Assembly: GCA_965285935.1 (NCBI GenBank)
Contig: OZ260662.1
Coordinates: 87,296,001 to 87,360,000 of the forward strand
Reading direction: 5' to 3'
DNA from: Ophelia neglecta
Lineage: Eukaryota
DNA length: 64,000 nucleotides
This document shows, one piece after another, positions 11,801-26,800 of the stretch. The position numbers and the translations under genes are program-made. The notes under the pieces were generated by a model that was not told the origin of the DNA, ran no database searches, and saw only the letters and a list, made by a program, of their open reading frames with translations. Each line of letters opens with the position of its first letter. Positions within the stretch are counted from its first letter, which is position 1.

Positions 11801-14800
11801 CAGCTGTTGACTTCTATATGGCCCCGTAGTTTTAGTATCAACTAGAAAGTTCTTTTGGCGCAATGTGCCCCGAATGAATTTAACGATAGTGGCCGAACAG
11901 AACAGTATGTGGATTCCATCTAACGCCCGTGGCGAGCAGTCAGACGGAAAATGGAGCCTGACAAAATGGACATAAGGCATAATTGGATGGCGGGAAAGAG
12001 AATTGGACGGGGCATGGGAAAAGACATTTAAGATCCATAATACGCTTGGGCGTTACCTCGTGTGGGGTGAGATCAAAGTATAGAAAATGGGAGAAGTCTG
12101 CCTCTGCCCATGCGGACAACCAAGCGACACAAACAATTTGCAACTTCTTATATCAATGACGAAGAGCATAAACTCGAGGCAAGCACATCTTATCGTCATT
12201 TTTCCGAGCCACCTTGTACAAGGGGCGCCACTCGTCTGCTCAGCGAGGCACTCATGTGTGCGCAACATGGCCGCCAGCAAGAATCCCCGAACAGCACGAG
12301 GTGGTCGGGATCATTTTTCTGACCTACTTGGAATCCAGTATTAAATGATTCCATCGATTAGCTGTATATAAAAACGTTTTGGTTGCCATATTAGGAAGAC
12401 AAGCAAGTCACTCTTCCTTTCTTTGGTTACTTCCGGTTACTTCTTATAAATTACATTTGACAGACGTATCCATCATTGTTTCTCTAAAATATATACTATT
12501 TGCCTCTACAGGAAATGAATAAAATATGAAACATAATTATCTGAGTATAGTGTTTCCGATTCCACAAGTTTGTTGGAAAACAACCGACCCGATAACATAT
12601 CATCCAACAAAGGAAGTTAAAATTGACAGTGCAATCTTTACAACATGGAGGGAAAAAAGAAAGTAATCAAGGGGGCATCAATAAAAGAAAGGCAACATTC
12701 GCTTTCAGGTAATGGAGATCCTCTTGAAGTGATATCGCTCTCTTCAAATATTGTCAACTTTGTGTAAGACATGGTCGTCCCAACAAAGAAGTAAAATTGA
12801 GACATCATCTGCAAATGAGGGATTTCATCATAGATAGCGGTTGACAGAAGGGTCAAGTCTTCCCAAGCTAAGACTGCTATTTGAGCGTTGTTCACGGTCA
12901 CCTTCAATTCTATCGTGGCCCTTGGAATGTTCTGGAGTAATATTTCATGGATACACTGGGTTATTGTCAAATTAGAAAGTAATAAGTCCACCGCCTGTGG
13001 ACATAAACATTGTTATTTAATTTTAAGGTAAGCGGATCCTAGGGCAATCCCCATTTGAATTACAGAGGCGGGTTCGTTTTGGTATAATATGATACGTAAA
13101 TGTGCCAGCAATAGAAAGCAGCTAGGTGTTGAAAACAAACCGCCCGCATGCCACCGCAATACTAGCAACCCGATTGGATCTCACGCTCAGCCGACTGTGC
13201 AAGAGTGATGGGGGTCCCCCTTCGACGAGCCGCCCCGAACACAGCGAGAACCGTCAAAGCCGGAGGAGAGTCTACCTGGCAACGCGGCAACATCAAAGAC
13301 AGCTCAAATCTCCACTCGCCAGCCGGCTATAATGGGCTTGATGCTTCTCCTTCGGAGGTCTACACCGAAATATCAGAGTCCCGTCGAGAAAAGATAAAAT
13401 CTGATCGAAATTGAAGACCATAGAAACTCCCATTCTTATCGTGTGCTATCTTGAAAAGTTTAACCATCATATTCTCTTATTGGCTAATTATATACTTGCG
13501 TCACCCTTGTAACCTGGGAAATTTAAGATGAGACATTCCAAAAGTCGTAAATTCCTGTGACTACTTTACGGCCATACACAGCCGGAATCACAGTGAATGA
13601 ATGAGCAAATACACGAGTGATTTTTTCTTCAAGACAGTTATTTTTCAATAAACCAATAAGTAAAGCACTTATGGAGACAGGCTGAATTGTAGCTATATTT
13701 CAAAACGGCGTATCAGTTGTAGAAATAAACATCTTGGTCGAACAATGGCGACAACTTCATAGAAGCTAAGTGTAAGAAACTAATAGCTCAAGTATGCCCA
13801 TTTTATATCCCAGCTGTCAGGAATATAACATTCAGATAACATAAAAGAAGCCGCAATGTCATATGCAGGAAACACCATTGAATTGTTTTCATATTCTGCG
13901 TCAATAAAACTATATTTAAAAAGGCATTTCTCTTATACCCGAAGATTATGGAAATGAGACTAGCATGAAGAGGGTTTACGACCGAATGGGTTTATCGTTC
14001 ACAAATGAAATATCCTGCCTTCGTGAATCCACACTGCAGTGAAATATGGACACTTTCACCTTTCAATATGTGTATTTTGTTATTAAATGGTCGATAATGT
14101 CATTTAACAAATAATGCGATTCCGGAGGTCGCCAGGATCCAAAACATTGTAATTCACGGTACATTCTGATTTCCATTGGCTCTTTCCATTAAATTTCATC
14201 CGGGACTATCGGTGACAATTGGCATGCAACTCTGTCATTATGCCTCAGCGGGGAACAAGTATCTTAGTCACCGACGCTACATTTCCTCTTGACGGGCGCC
14301 TGTCATGGCTGCTACGGCAGGTCAAAGGACCAGACTCATTTTGCACGCCACAGTGGACACGCCTTTCAGAAGCTTTCAAGTCAAGTCCCGGAGTTAAAAG
14401 ACCACTTTTGGAGCGTGAAGCCAACATAGTACACCGGTATACCACTTTGTCGACCAAGACCTCTGAAGTCACAAATCATTACAAACACCCCCTCATCTTA
14501 GCAAACTCAATCTGCAGATAAAGACGTAGACGAAATACGCGCCATTCTCAAACATTGAGTTGTATGTTCTGGCAACTCATAAATCGCAAGGCTTTGTTGT
14601 ACGTTTATTCGCAGATTTAAACATAACTTTCACTAAGAAAGTTTTAAGCGCAGCAAATAAAAAGTAGGTATTGCCGCCACGTCTTGTTTTCCCCCACATT
14701 GCTTGTTTGCCTGGTATAAGCTGTGTAAGGTGAAACCGTTATCAATTATCCAATAGTTTATGTTGTGGCACAAACATCATTCAACGTATACTAACATAAA

Positions 14801-17800
14801 AACCTTATTTTCCTTTCCGTTTTAAGCCATTTGAGAACAGACCAATATCTTTTAACTATGTTTGTCTATCGTAATATTAGGAACCACAGTCTTGTGTTGG
14901 TGGGTACATGGTTTTGGGGATGTATTTTAATACGACATCGACCAGTGGGAAGACAATGTACTGTTTTGACACCTATGCTATCTCGCTATAACAGTACACA
15001 GACACGTCTCTATGTATACTGATAATAGGCAATACACATCACATTTTAAATTTAATACTTGCAGCTGTAGACACCGGCTTGATATTGACTAGATAGTCTC
15101 ATATGTAATGTCATTATGGTAGATGACAGATCAATTGTCTTTGATAATTTCATGCACCTTTTCGTACCTGGTACAAATTGAGAAGTGAGAGACTTGTGCA
15201 TGACTGATCTATGACACTGTAGATCGGATTTTTTCCGGATCACAAAGCAGAGTGAAACATTGCGTGATATTGCCAAAATATACAACGTCGGAATATTAGG
15301 GACACACACTGTTCATCTTGATTATATTTTGTTGGGCATTTGCTTTGCAATTTATTGTATAAAAACAGGGCACTGGAATGCATAAAAATATTCCTTTTTA
15401 ATTATAATTAGCATTACATTATATTGGTTATTTATATATATTTTTACCAACTAATTTTTTTTGCCAGATTTACTAAATTTAAAACGTACCTGCCAATTTA
15501 AAGAAACCTGACTAGAGGTACAATGTTACAAATCTATAGTTTTATATACCAACCTAAGTCAAATCAAATGTGCTATGATTTAAGGTAAAAGGAACTGATA
15601 TCCAAAGAGTCAGATAAAAATACAAATTTCAAGAAGAAAGCCACGCTTGTAATGAAATACTGCAACATTCCACTGAGTTTAAATTATATATGAAGTAAGC
15701 ATATACCTTTCTTCCTGCTCGGTTATTGTGCATGTTCATCTTGGACTTTTTAGATTTTCGCTTCTGTTTCGCCCAAGGTGTGTCGGCAAAGGACTGGCTG
15801 AAAATGAGGCCGAATTTGACGTCATCGCCACATCCGCCCCACTTAAAGTCGCTAGATGGCGGCTCGTTGGGAAGGCGGCCACAGCTGCATTTGGTGGTTA
15901 CTCCCACTGCGCATGCTTTGGCTATGGACTGCATGAGCGCCGCAGCTCCAAGTGCATACACAAATGCCTGTTCTCTGCTGCCTGTGGAGAAAAAAAGTGA
16001 CAAATTTGGTAAAATTCAAACATTCATTTAGGCGGGGTTATCATTTATGCAAATATGTTGGCCTAAAATTTGCATGGGAAGAAGTTTAACAACGGGGTTC
16101 ATCAAAGCCCAATGACGCCTAACTTCCGCACGTACATATCTCCTGAATAAAGAGTTCATCTTTGAACAGGCGTTGCTGTGTTTGATAAATTGACCCAATT
16201 CAAGATTAATAGAAACAACCATTTTATGTAAAGTATGTATAGTCTGACGAGAGTACGGGGCAATATCTTGTTTGTATAAAATTCACAAAGATTCATTTAA
16301 CATTGCATTGCGTAAGCTAAGTGAGTTATATGCAATGGGTTGTAGAGTATTCGGAATAAAGCGGTGTCAATTTGCACCAAGTTATCAAGCCCCGTATCTA
16401 AGTTCGGGGATGATATATTTTGTAGTTTAAACTTTGTAGGTGCTGGGGTTAGATGCTAGGATCACGAGGAGAGGCCTGTAGAGGCACACAGGCGGGACCA
16501 GGTCCCCGCCAAAGCGAGTACCTACCAACCAGAACCCAGCGCAATCGTCATCAATCACTCGGTCGGAGATGAGTGGGAAGATAGACTTTTTGTATTCAAT
16601 CATATGTGATTATCATTCATTAGCGACTTGCAAACGTGTCGGAAAGGCCCCGTCTACCCGCGGCTGATAGTGGTCTGTAATTACCAGCAAAAAAAAGAGG
16701 CAAATAATGTCGGTGCGCATACCGACTTTCTAGCGAGACGACTGAATGCCAACAGAATTGGTTAAGATTGAACGATTCAAAGTTCTAGAGGCAAACCTCA
16801 AAAACCCAACGGAAATACTTCCATGTAGAGTTACATCATATCGATTTCCCTGGGAACATGTATAGGCATAGCCTATACGGAATTTTTATTACTTTTATAT
16901 ATTTTTGCAGTAAAACGGATATTATGTCGATATGAAGTTCCAAATGCTGTCATCAAACCCGTAGTTTTTTACCCAACTTTGCACGATGTCAGAAAAGCTT
17001 TGAAATTGGAGGCTTCATCAAGTACAGGTGGCTACCTTATACAACTATCAAAAGGGGAACACTTTTAAATTTATCCAACCAAGATTGCCCAAACGAATTC
17101 ATTAAAAATCGTAGTTTTCTAATATCAATATGACCCACTTAAAGTCTTGTGTTCATTAAGCGGAATAGGTACCCCAGGACAATTTCGCATGCCCAGCCCG
17201 AGTAACCTTAGCTGCAAAATTTACCCTTTAACTGTACATTGCATTTTGCCAGTAACGAATCCATTCTTGTTTACTAATAAATACAGATTTGTTGATGTAA
17301 AGCCTCACGACGTATACTGCAGGGTATATTACGTCCCCGGGATTTTAATACGCTATATAGGGGTTTGAGTCCGAGGGACTTGACACTCATGGAAACGTTC
17401 TAATCGTATTCAACCTTTACAGTACGGTGCGCTCTATGCTTTTTGCTCCTTTTCGTAAACTTGGCCCTCTTGTTGGTCATCCTTTTGACCATTTATCCCA
17501 CTTCAGAAACTGTTTTATACTGCCACACGATATAATTATACCGCTCGACCTATTCTTTGCCCGAGAGTCTGTTTTGATTTTGATGAAGAGATAAATAATG
17601 ACAAAATTTCAAAAAGGTCACGATCACGACTGAATAGTCAGTTCTTTTTGCGATACTATTTGAGGCAATGGAGTTGCCCACACGCCATAATTAAGACAAT
17701 GCCCCCCCCCCTTCCCCTCGCCAAGCTTCCGATATCCTCTACTTTATAGTCAATCTGCCCAAACACCAGACGTGCAAAAAGTTACTACATGGAACAGGTT

Positions 17801-20800
17801 ACAAAGAGTTCTTTCAAAAATCGTATTTTCTTACAAGACACTTTCAATTGTGCACAGAATTTCATAACTTACCTCCAGTGAGATCTGCCATATAATTTGG
17901 AGCGTTATCCACCGAAGTACAGTTCCATCGGTTATCCCCAAATAAACTCTGACACGTTTTCTGAACTTCCTTTGCTGCGTGCGCCACTATTGGCATCATT
18001 TCTAAGTTCCGTTTGCATATCACTATCTGCTGTTTGTCAAGTCCTGCTGTTTTTGATTTTGAGCAATCCGATGTTCTATTCCAATATCTTTGTCTGCCAT
18101 CATTTACGGCACTTTAATAAAGAGAGAAGATCGGGTTAATAATATAATATAAAAACTGGCATTACTATTCACCCCGTACAGTCGCTTGCAGGAGTCTTTT
18201 CTTATGTCATTTTTATCATGTTGTTAAGCATTACACATTATCACTTGAACATCCTTTATATCATATTCATTTTAATACTAAACGCGTCAAACAGATAAAA
18301 GCCAAAACTACTATAGTATCCAATGAAAAGATGACAATGCATAAACATAAATTGTAGCAGAAAAGCCACATTAATAGTGTCTTGATTTTTTTATACATAA
18401 TTAGGCTGTATGTAAACATATTTATGATTGTACTTCCACCTTATTTCAGACACATGAATATAATTTATATGGAAATCACAATGAAAGTAGTTTATAAAGC
18501 GGCGTTATCGCGCAAAAGGTGAGAAAAACAAGAAAGATGTAAATACAAGATAGGCTATACTCTTCACAAAATGGCTCATGGTAAAATGGTGTAAGGATCT
18601 CTAGGACTACATGTACAAGAAGAGTGTGCACAGGGGAATGCAGGCACCAATCTTCAGTTTACTGCAATAAGATCAAACGCAATCCTGACCGTCTGATTTC
18701 AAGTACACTGTATAAGACTCTTCCAACTCCTCGTTTAAGCGGCCAGATATAATATTTTAGATTAACTTGGGTGCCTTTTCTTTGACAGTAATAAGTCAGT
18801 GCTCACTAGGTGTTTGAGAGCTCTCATGGGGGCTCATTAATCAAATCTCCTCTTAAGTTTTTGAAAGGGTTTCAACGATTCGGTGAAAAGGCAGTTAACG
18901 TGTAATATTCACAACCTATATCCTGTCAGATGTTTGAAGCTGTGGCTACATCAGAGTGAGTGGTTTGGCGGAATCGTTCAGAACCTGTTTAGTTAAGGTC
19001 ACACACTTCACAGCGGGTATTCAATATAAATTTATTCGTTGACATATCAAACTAAATGCACTTTGTATGGACGCCTTTTAAAAGCAATTACGGCGGGCCT
19101 TACCAAGTGGAAACAATAGGTTTTTGACTTCTAAAATGAACAGGGTCGCTGCAACATTCATTAATCATCTCAGACAAAATCATTTCTGATGTTTATCGAG
19201 AAATGAAAACGCAAAGAACCAAGTTGAGAGTAATATAAAACTAATTAATTATAAGAATTGAGCTATCACGTCCCTCGGAGGATGACAAATAGATGGTAGA
19301 TTTCTTCGTGGGTTGGCAACTTGCAACCGATTGTACAACAAACTAGCCTGTAACAGTCCCAACTGCATTGATAGAATAATTATACGTTCATCATTTGACG
19401 AGGGTAGGGTTACATCAAATGGCTTCTCTTTAATGAGAGACGATAATAGGAGTGATTTTTCATCTTTAATGTAATTCTGAATTTTACCCTATCACGCTGA
19501 CCAGAGATATTACACTATTTGTAAGGCTAGTTGATTGCTTTTAAATGTAATACCTTTGTGAATCTGTCACCTATTCCATGAAGATTGCCATCTGTGGTGG
19601 TACAACCGACCACCTATCGCACCTCTATGGCATTATAAAGGCAACTACCTGCCTATCTGGGGGCCACAAAGAGTACTTAAGCTTCATCAAAGCCACATTA
19701 CACACGTTCACAAAGGCCTCGGGGAAAATACACCCCCCTTTGCATGACCAGCTACCATCTTTCATCAACTTCTCACGGTAATTTTGACAGGACAATACAC
19801 GATGCTGTCTTCCACATACCATTTAGGTTTCACATCGAAGTGTGCTGCATGTCAGAGGGTAATCTACAAACTTATTTCTGACTTTTTTCTTGAAAGAATT
19901 GTTTGTCAAATTCCACCATGAAAAGAAGCTTTCGAATTGAAGTCATATTAGTTCAATTTAATTATTTTGATAGAAAAAAGTTGGTGCCTACACTGAAAAA
20001 TACACCTTCACCTAATTATTTACTTTTTTATTCATATGTTTCTATTTTCAGAAGAAAAAATCTCGCCCGAGTTACTTTAGATTGCATTATTGTTTCTACA
20101 ATTCAAAACGGTAAAGCTTTCGACAAAATGCCGTTAGCAATCTTTAAACAGCAAGCGAATTAACTTATTTTAATGGCGCTCCCATATCTTGCCAGGTGAC
20201 CCTCGTGTTTTGTTTTATGTTTAGTAACTTGCTGCGTATCTGCAGCTTTCCTTATGATGTTTTAATATGCCACTCAAAAGATAAGGTAATATCCTGGACG
20301 AAAGATGTCTATTCAATGGGGCGCTTAAACTCCTCCGCCATTACGACCACATTGAAATGTCAGACCACAAACTATAACGAGGGAAATCTGGAATTTTTAT
20401 CTATGAAAATCGGTGATTATTCTTCCACAGGCCCGGAGGAACTCATTTGCGTCTCATAAAATAATTAGTTGTCGTGTTGTGGTCCCGGATTTGGGTTTGG
20501 TTAACAGCACCTGAGGGACCTCCCAAAATTCTCCCATCTTGAAGTAATTACATGCCCGATATAATTCAGCCATAAGACGAGGAGATAGTATATTTTATAT
20601 AGACGCTTGTTGCTTCAGCTTCGCAGATAAAGTTTGAACTGTTTTTTATATCGATTTATGATCACTTATGAGGAATTGATGGGACTAATCGATATGACAG
20701 GCGTCAGTCATGGCCATGTAGCTGGTTTAGTGAGCAAATGCCATGAAACTGAAAAACATAGTAAAACATTCTCTGGCAAGGACAGAGGGGCACATGACAT

Positions 20801-23800
20801 GGCGAAATGTATAAGTCTGTTAAAAACATATCTGCTGTTTGGTCGCCTAGCAGGAATTATGCTATCTATTCGTCATACTGAAATGATGGGCGGGCGGTAA
20901 CATTGATTTACCATATTGGACCAACGGAAATGCATGTTTTATAGTTGTAAACACTGCATGGCACTGAGCAAAAAGATGTTTTGTGTGGATGAAATGTCAT
21001 TTTAATGAAGGGTAAAACCCTCAGTGTGAAAATACGATCTATCTCAGACGGTAATGAGGTGATTATCCTACAAACAAACGAGGGTCAATAGGGGCACTCC
21101 CTGAGACACGCAATACTCCCCCGGATGAATATGATTCAACCACCATTCTTCCTAATTTGGCCTCACTAGACTCGGAATTGAAGGAAACAGTAGGCGGGAA
21201 TGACTGCTCGATATATTTCATAAATCTGTTACAAATTCTAGGACCGAAGATTTAAATAAAAACACAATGAATAATGAAATAGGCCCAATGTCGACCATAT
21301 TAAATCAGATAAATATAATGGATTTTTCAAGATTCTTTGAATATGAATGATGATCTTTGGGGCTTATATTATCCCAATCATAACGGGTGTTGGTTTTATT
21401 CAATATTTTTAGAACAACTCGTAAAATTGTCAAACTTAGAAGATGAATCATGTTTGGCTGCGGACATTCTAATTCATGGGATGAATTTGATGGCATCCCT
21501 GGATAATAACGAGCAACTGTCCAATAGGGGTGGGCGGGCCGAGCAGACTTCGGGGATGCAGAACTACAGATGGGCGGCGTAAGAGACAACGCTGGGACAA
21601 GACAAGACAATGGGATGACACTTGAAATAGATAAATATCCAGTCCCAGGATGCTCTGAATCACTGACCCCGGACGCCCATTGACGGCAGACACATACCTG
21701 AGTCATGGAGACTCCATAAACTCGGCTTTAATGGAGTCCTAGACTCCTAGTTAATGATGCCCACCAATGAAAACGGTTGTTTCCTTTACCATACCATATA
21801 GGGAGCGACGACAGAAGAGACGCTCTGTGAGGGGAGATGTGTTTCAACAAGATGCTCGGGGTATACCGCACCATATTTCATCGCAGGAGCAAAATTCGTG
21901 GTTTCGCGCCTGCAGCAACAATTAAAATGAAACTTATTTGCATGGCGCGCTCTATCGTAGAAAAACAACCACTGTCATCCTTTTTCAGCTAAACAAAATG
22001 AAAATAACTTTATGATTGTCCATTCTCTCCGTTGACAATTTCTTTACCTTACCTTTTAAATTTTAACCTGCTTACAGAAACTGTTTAATAATGGCCATAG
22101 TTTAATTTAAATGCAGGCAGCCTATCTGATATATGTTGTATCATGTATTTAAGAATTGACACAGTGTCTTTCACAGATAGTAAATTTGGATTATGGATTG
22201 ACCCAGGATGCGGTTCTCAGGCTCCTAATCATGATCTTAATGCACGGCTTAAGGCGGGCAAACTCCGGAGATAAGTGTATGGTATTATGATAAAACAAGA
22301 GCATTCCTTTCTTTTTCTGTATGTTAATCTAACTAATGAAGATGGTTTAATTTGATTTAGCCATAAATCTGCGAAAGACGGGTGAGACGCTTTCACGAGT
22401 GACACTTCACAGATCTAAACAACACATCCATTAGAACAAGGCCGATGAATCTCGCGGTAAACGCGTCAAGCACCCTTACGATAGCAGACGATTTTGTCTG
22501 ATTATAGTAATGGCAATTTAATATGCACTCTGGCGAGTATATGTGTGACCCCGATAGCCTTTTAGTCCAGAGGGCGCCTATAGCGTGACACAGTCGGTCT
22601 CTATCTCATGTCACTGCCTTCTCAACAAGCGGGAAACAAGAGCACAAATATTTATTTATCCGATTGCTGCGTGTATTGTGCCCCCCCCCCCTCTCCCCAC
22701 CGCCCCCCCTTGATTTTACTACATTATTACCACTGGTCCCAACCCATTTACGTTCATTCACGTAAGTCGGTAATAGAATAGAACAACACAAGAATGTTGA
22801 TCTGTCAAATAGACGCTAATAAAACGGGCCACTTTATTGCCTTATTTGTGCGTATTATGTAATATGTTAACAATAGATGAAACACCCATGTGTACAGAAC
22901 TTAAGTCTATTGTTACGCCATTTTCAATCGACACTATAGGCCTATAGCCTAGGGACCACCAGGAATGCCTTCAAAGTAGGTTGTAAATCGGGGGAACCAT
23001 CATATGAAGTTAGTTGTGATGCCCTAGGCCGCTTTAAGACAGAGCCGTAATCTTATTCCCAAATAAGTCGTATAATTTTGTAAATAATAAAGTTTAAACA
23101 TGAATATATAGGTTTGATATTATCTGTTAGTGCGGCTGTAAAATGATTTGGTATAGTTAAAATCGAAGCAACACGTGTAAATCTAAAAGTTCTGCGCCTT
23201 GCCCATGTATTGCAGGTTGAAAAGTTTAAAAACTAAACATAGGACTTTTCGGAGTCTCATACTCCGAGAAATTTGTCGAAAACTAATGCAAGCGGCCAGA
23301 GTAACATAAGAATTTATATTTGTTTAATAGCTGTTGCGAGTTGGTTTCCTCAGTCAAAAAGTGACCGGAGAATTTCCAGTTTAATATCACAATTTTCCCT
23401 GGAGGCAGTAAACTTTAACGTACACTTGAGAAGTTAGTGTAAAAGTTGGCATGGTACGTACATTTAGCATTGAGACCTTCACAGCCTCACAACAGGGCCA
23501 TTGGCTCAACGGAGAGTTGTGAAGAAGGGAGCATGATTAAATATACCATGTTGTGTTTTATTCCATAAAGTCTTGTGATTTAAAATAGGAGCGACTCGAT
23601 TGCCAGCTTCATTTTAAATTCACGTTCTAACGACAAGGCCAGGTTTAGGACTACGTTAATTCAAGTGTGTCTAAGTATGAATTTAGTCTTCTATAATTTC
23701 CGCATAGGAACTTCATCGGGCTCAAATGCAACGGGGGTCGTTTTGAACCATACGATTTTAGTTTATAATAATCCTTCCAATACCCCTCCCCCTCCAGCCC

Positions 23801-26800
23801 CCGCCCCCCCCCCCCCCCCCCTCACAAACAGATACACACACACACCCTATAAGATTGAAATAATTTGCTTTTCTGGTGCGTTTATTCGTGTGTGACAAAA
23901 AATTACACAAATTATATTCGTTTTTTTCATGATGTTATTGAATAGTTTTGCAAAATACAATGATAAATCGGTACACAACTTCATCAAAGAAAAAGTATAT
24001 AAACGTTTCTGAGTGTGATGACGTTATCAGTTACGTAATTTTGGGTGTGAATCCAAATATTTATTCTAAGAAGCGCCAGATGAAGTTCATATATAGTTAA
24101 ATCGATACAAGGAAAATAAGCAAAATAAGCTTTTTTGCCGGTCATTGTACAAGTGTAAGTGGATCCCTAGATATATTTTCACACTAATTTTAACTTATTT
24201 TGCATTTGACCCAATAGGTCAATTTTTCTGTCTCGAAGGTTTAAGAGCCTTTTGGAACATACCGAATGAAAAGTTGTTTTGCGGCTGTAGGTAGTAAATA
24301 CAAGGATCAAATTTAACGACAGGTTCTTGAAACAAAATAAAAGCTGCGCATAAAATTAAAACCGAGGTCGTGCTATCTACGGTCCTGAAGGGCACTGCAG
24401 GAACATTTCTAGTGGTGATAAATACGGTAGCCTGTCCATGGCGGGAGTCGAGTGCAGCTATTATCTGGAATTATCGCCTCATGTGGAGAGGCCTGAAATA
24501 TCGTTGGCTTCTGACCTAGTTAATGGCTTGCTGGATCTCAACAAGGAGAGCAGGAATGACGATGGCTTTGACAGATTTCTGAGAGCCTGTGTGAACACTT
24601 GCTGCTCCATCCGCTCCTCGTCTCCCTTCCTCCTAGCCTACTAAGTTAGTTGTATATTTTAGTCGTGCGTAGGCCCGGCCAACCACCAAAGCGTTCCCTA
24701 GGTTTGAGAGGCGGGTTAGGGCAAACAGCTTGGCTGGTTGACTTATTGGGCGCTGATGGCTCCTTGTCCCACTTTGTCAACTTAACTATTTCTACTGTTC
24801 CAGGGAAGCCGAGTGATGTTCTAGTGCGTGCTCCACGGCACTGTTGGGCGATTAAGAAAACAAAGATGTGGATTCCTCCCGGACTCGACCAGGTGTTTTA
24901 TCGAGTAGTGAAGATTAGTGCTGAAAGATGTGTACCGATCGGTCGGCCTCTACGACCAAACGAAAACCATCATGTCTGCTGAGCGGTGAGGCATTGCCAA
25001 CGCACACCGAATAAACCTACTGTTTATTCCAACCTCTTCAGAATGGATTAGTCTACGATTACTGCATTTCTGTCAAACTGCAAACAGCTGAATAGCATTT
25101 AAAGAGCCACCTTTGGTTGGATGATAAAGTTGGGATTGTGAGACCCTGTCAGGTTTTTTATATTGATATCAATACTTTAATGTCGTCTGCCAGCCATCTC
25201 TTGATAGGCAGACTCACAGGAAAACTAATCAAACCTCACGACCTTGGTTCTCAAATGTGAACAACAGACAAACTACACAATATAAGTCACTTCTTCCCCC
25301 TTCTCCGTATTTTTGGAGAAAAAGCAACATTCTTTACTTACAATGAAAAGAAAATTGTTTTTCGGGCTCGATATTCATTTACAACACTTGAAGTAACTGA
25401 CAGCCATTTGTAAATGTAAGCAACTATCAAGAGATCGGTGACAAAATATATATATATATATATATATTGTGTATTAGAATTAGGCCGCCGAGGGCTAACT
25501 TTTGTTCAGTACTTATGGGAAATGCTCACAATTGAGCATAAAAAACAACTGAGAAGTGTCGACATTGACTGATTTTAGAGCTACAGCCATTCTCGTGGTA
25601 AGTAATCCCCCGAAAAAAATACTAACATAGGTTACTCGACTTGACGAATTGTACATTAAGTGGCGTTTAGATTACAGCTTGGTATAAGAATGTATCGTAA
25701 TCGCATCGCCTTGGGGAAGAAACAGATGAGTTATCCGAGTGGCAGCCAAGTGCGATATGAGTGAAGCGAAACTTAGCGGGTAGCTGGGGTCTGATGTCGG
25801 TCCACCGGACTCCATGCAACACCTCGGCTATATATATTTATACCCTTGATCACTTCAAGAAAATCTGCCTACTTTGGCTGAGAAAATCTCGCGTCTATCC
25901 CCGACCGTGTTCGGAGAGACACTTGTTTGTGATCTGATAGAGGTCCGGGTGATAAAACACGTAGATACGTCAACATGATCAAGAGAGCAAGCGATCGCTG
26001 CCGAGAAAGCCCGATGTCGAATGCCATTCCACATCTCAAACTGACACCCCAAGAATGCCTGGATGCCTTTATACTAAAAACCGATATAAGGTGTCTTAAG
26101 TTAAACCCACATGGATTGTAGAAAAAGGCTAAAGAAGTACCATAACAGGCTGCTTTAAATACATTCTCGTCTTGTTAGTGTTTATATCCAACTAAGATGC
26201 AATTGTTTTTAAAATTTGACTACATGAACTAGGGTTATCACGAAGAAAACTTTGTGAGTGTGTTTGTTAGTGAGTATACATGGGCATATCGCGCTTAAAA
26301 TCAGATACTCCAGCGCAGTATCCTCTCACCAGTGGAGAAAAACCCCGTAACAATATAGCATACAGATGTACCATGCAGGGTGGGGTGGACCCACTGATTC
26401 GGAGATACGTTCATCGGCAAGTCACGATGTTCTGTCCTGTGAACTATATTTTCTTGCGTAGTTCCCATAGCAGAGAGAAGAAAACAAGTCAATGCTCGGT
26501 GCATTTTTATTTTTTCCAATGTTCACAAAGACGACCGGTCTCGACAAAGATGGATATTGAGTAATTTAGTAGTGTTTACTCAGATTTCTAAATATTACTT
26601 CGTGAATATGAACAGATAGCATGGAAGAGGTTAAGTTGGTTTATCAACAATACAAAACTAGTCCCAGCTATTCTGTACTTGCCCATACTATATTTTGTAA
26701 AAAAGAAGTTCCAGGTTAATATTTCAATCAGTCATAAAGCCTGGTGCTTCTTCGACCCCTAGTTTCTTTTCACGCCGGCCTGTATAGATGAATTCATAGG

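Noticed and set aside
15726-16031. Plus-strand ORFs over Wnt11 exon 3; similarly 8485-8763, 17897-18139, 48992-49279, 638-895 and 58344-58538
   Set aside because: Antisense shadows of real coding or RT sequence with no recognisable product.
16491-16510. GC-rich palindrome GGCGGGACC-A-GGTCCCCGCC (Helitron 3' hairpin or terminator-like)
   Set aside because: No CTRR terminus at the expected distance on either strand; an isolated short palindrome.
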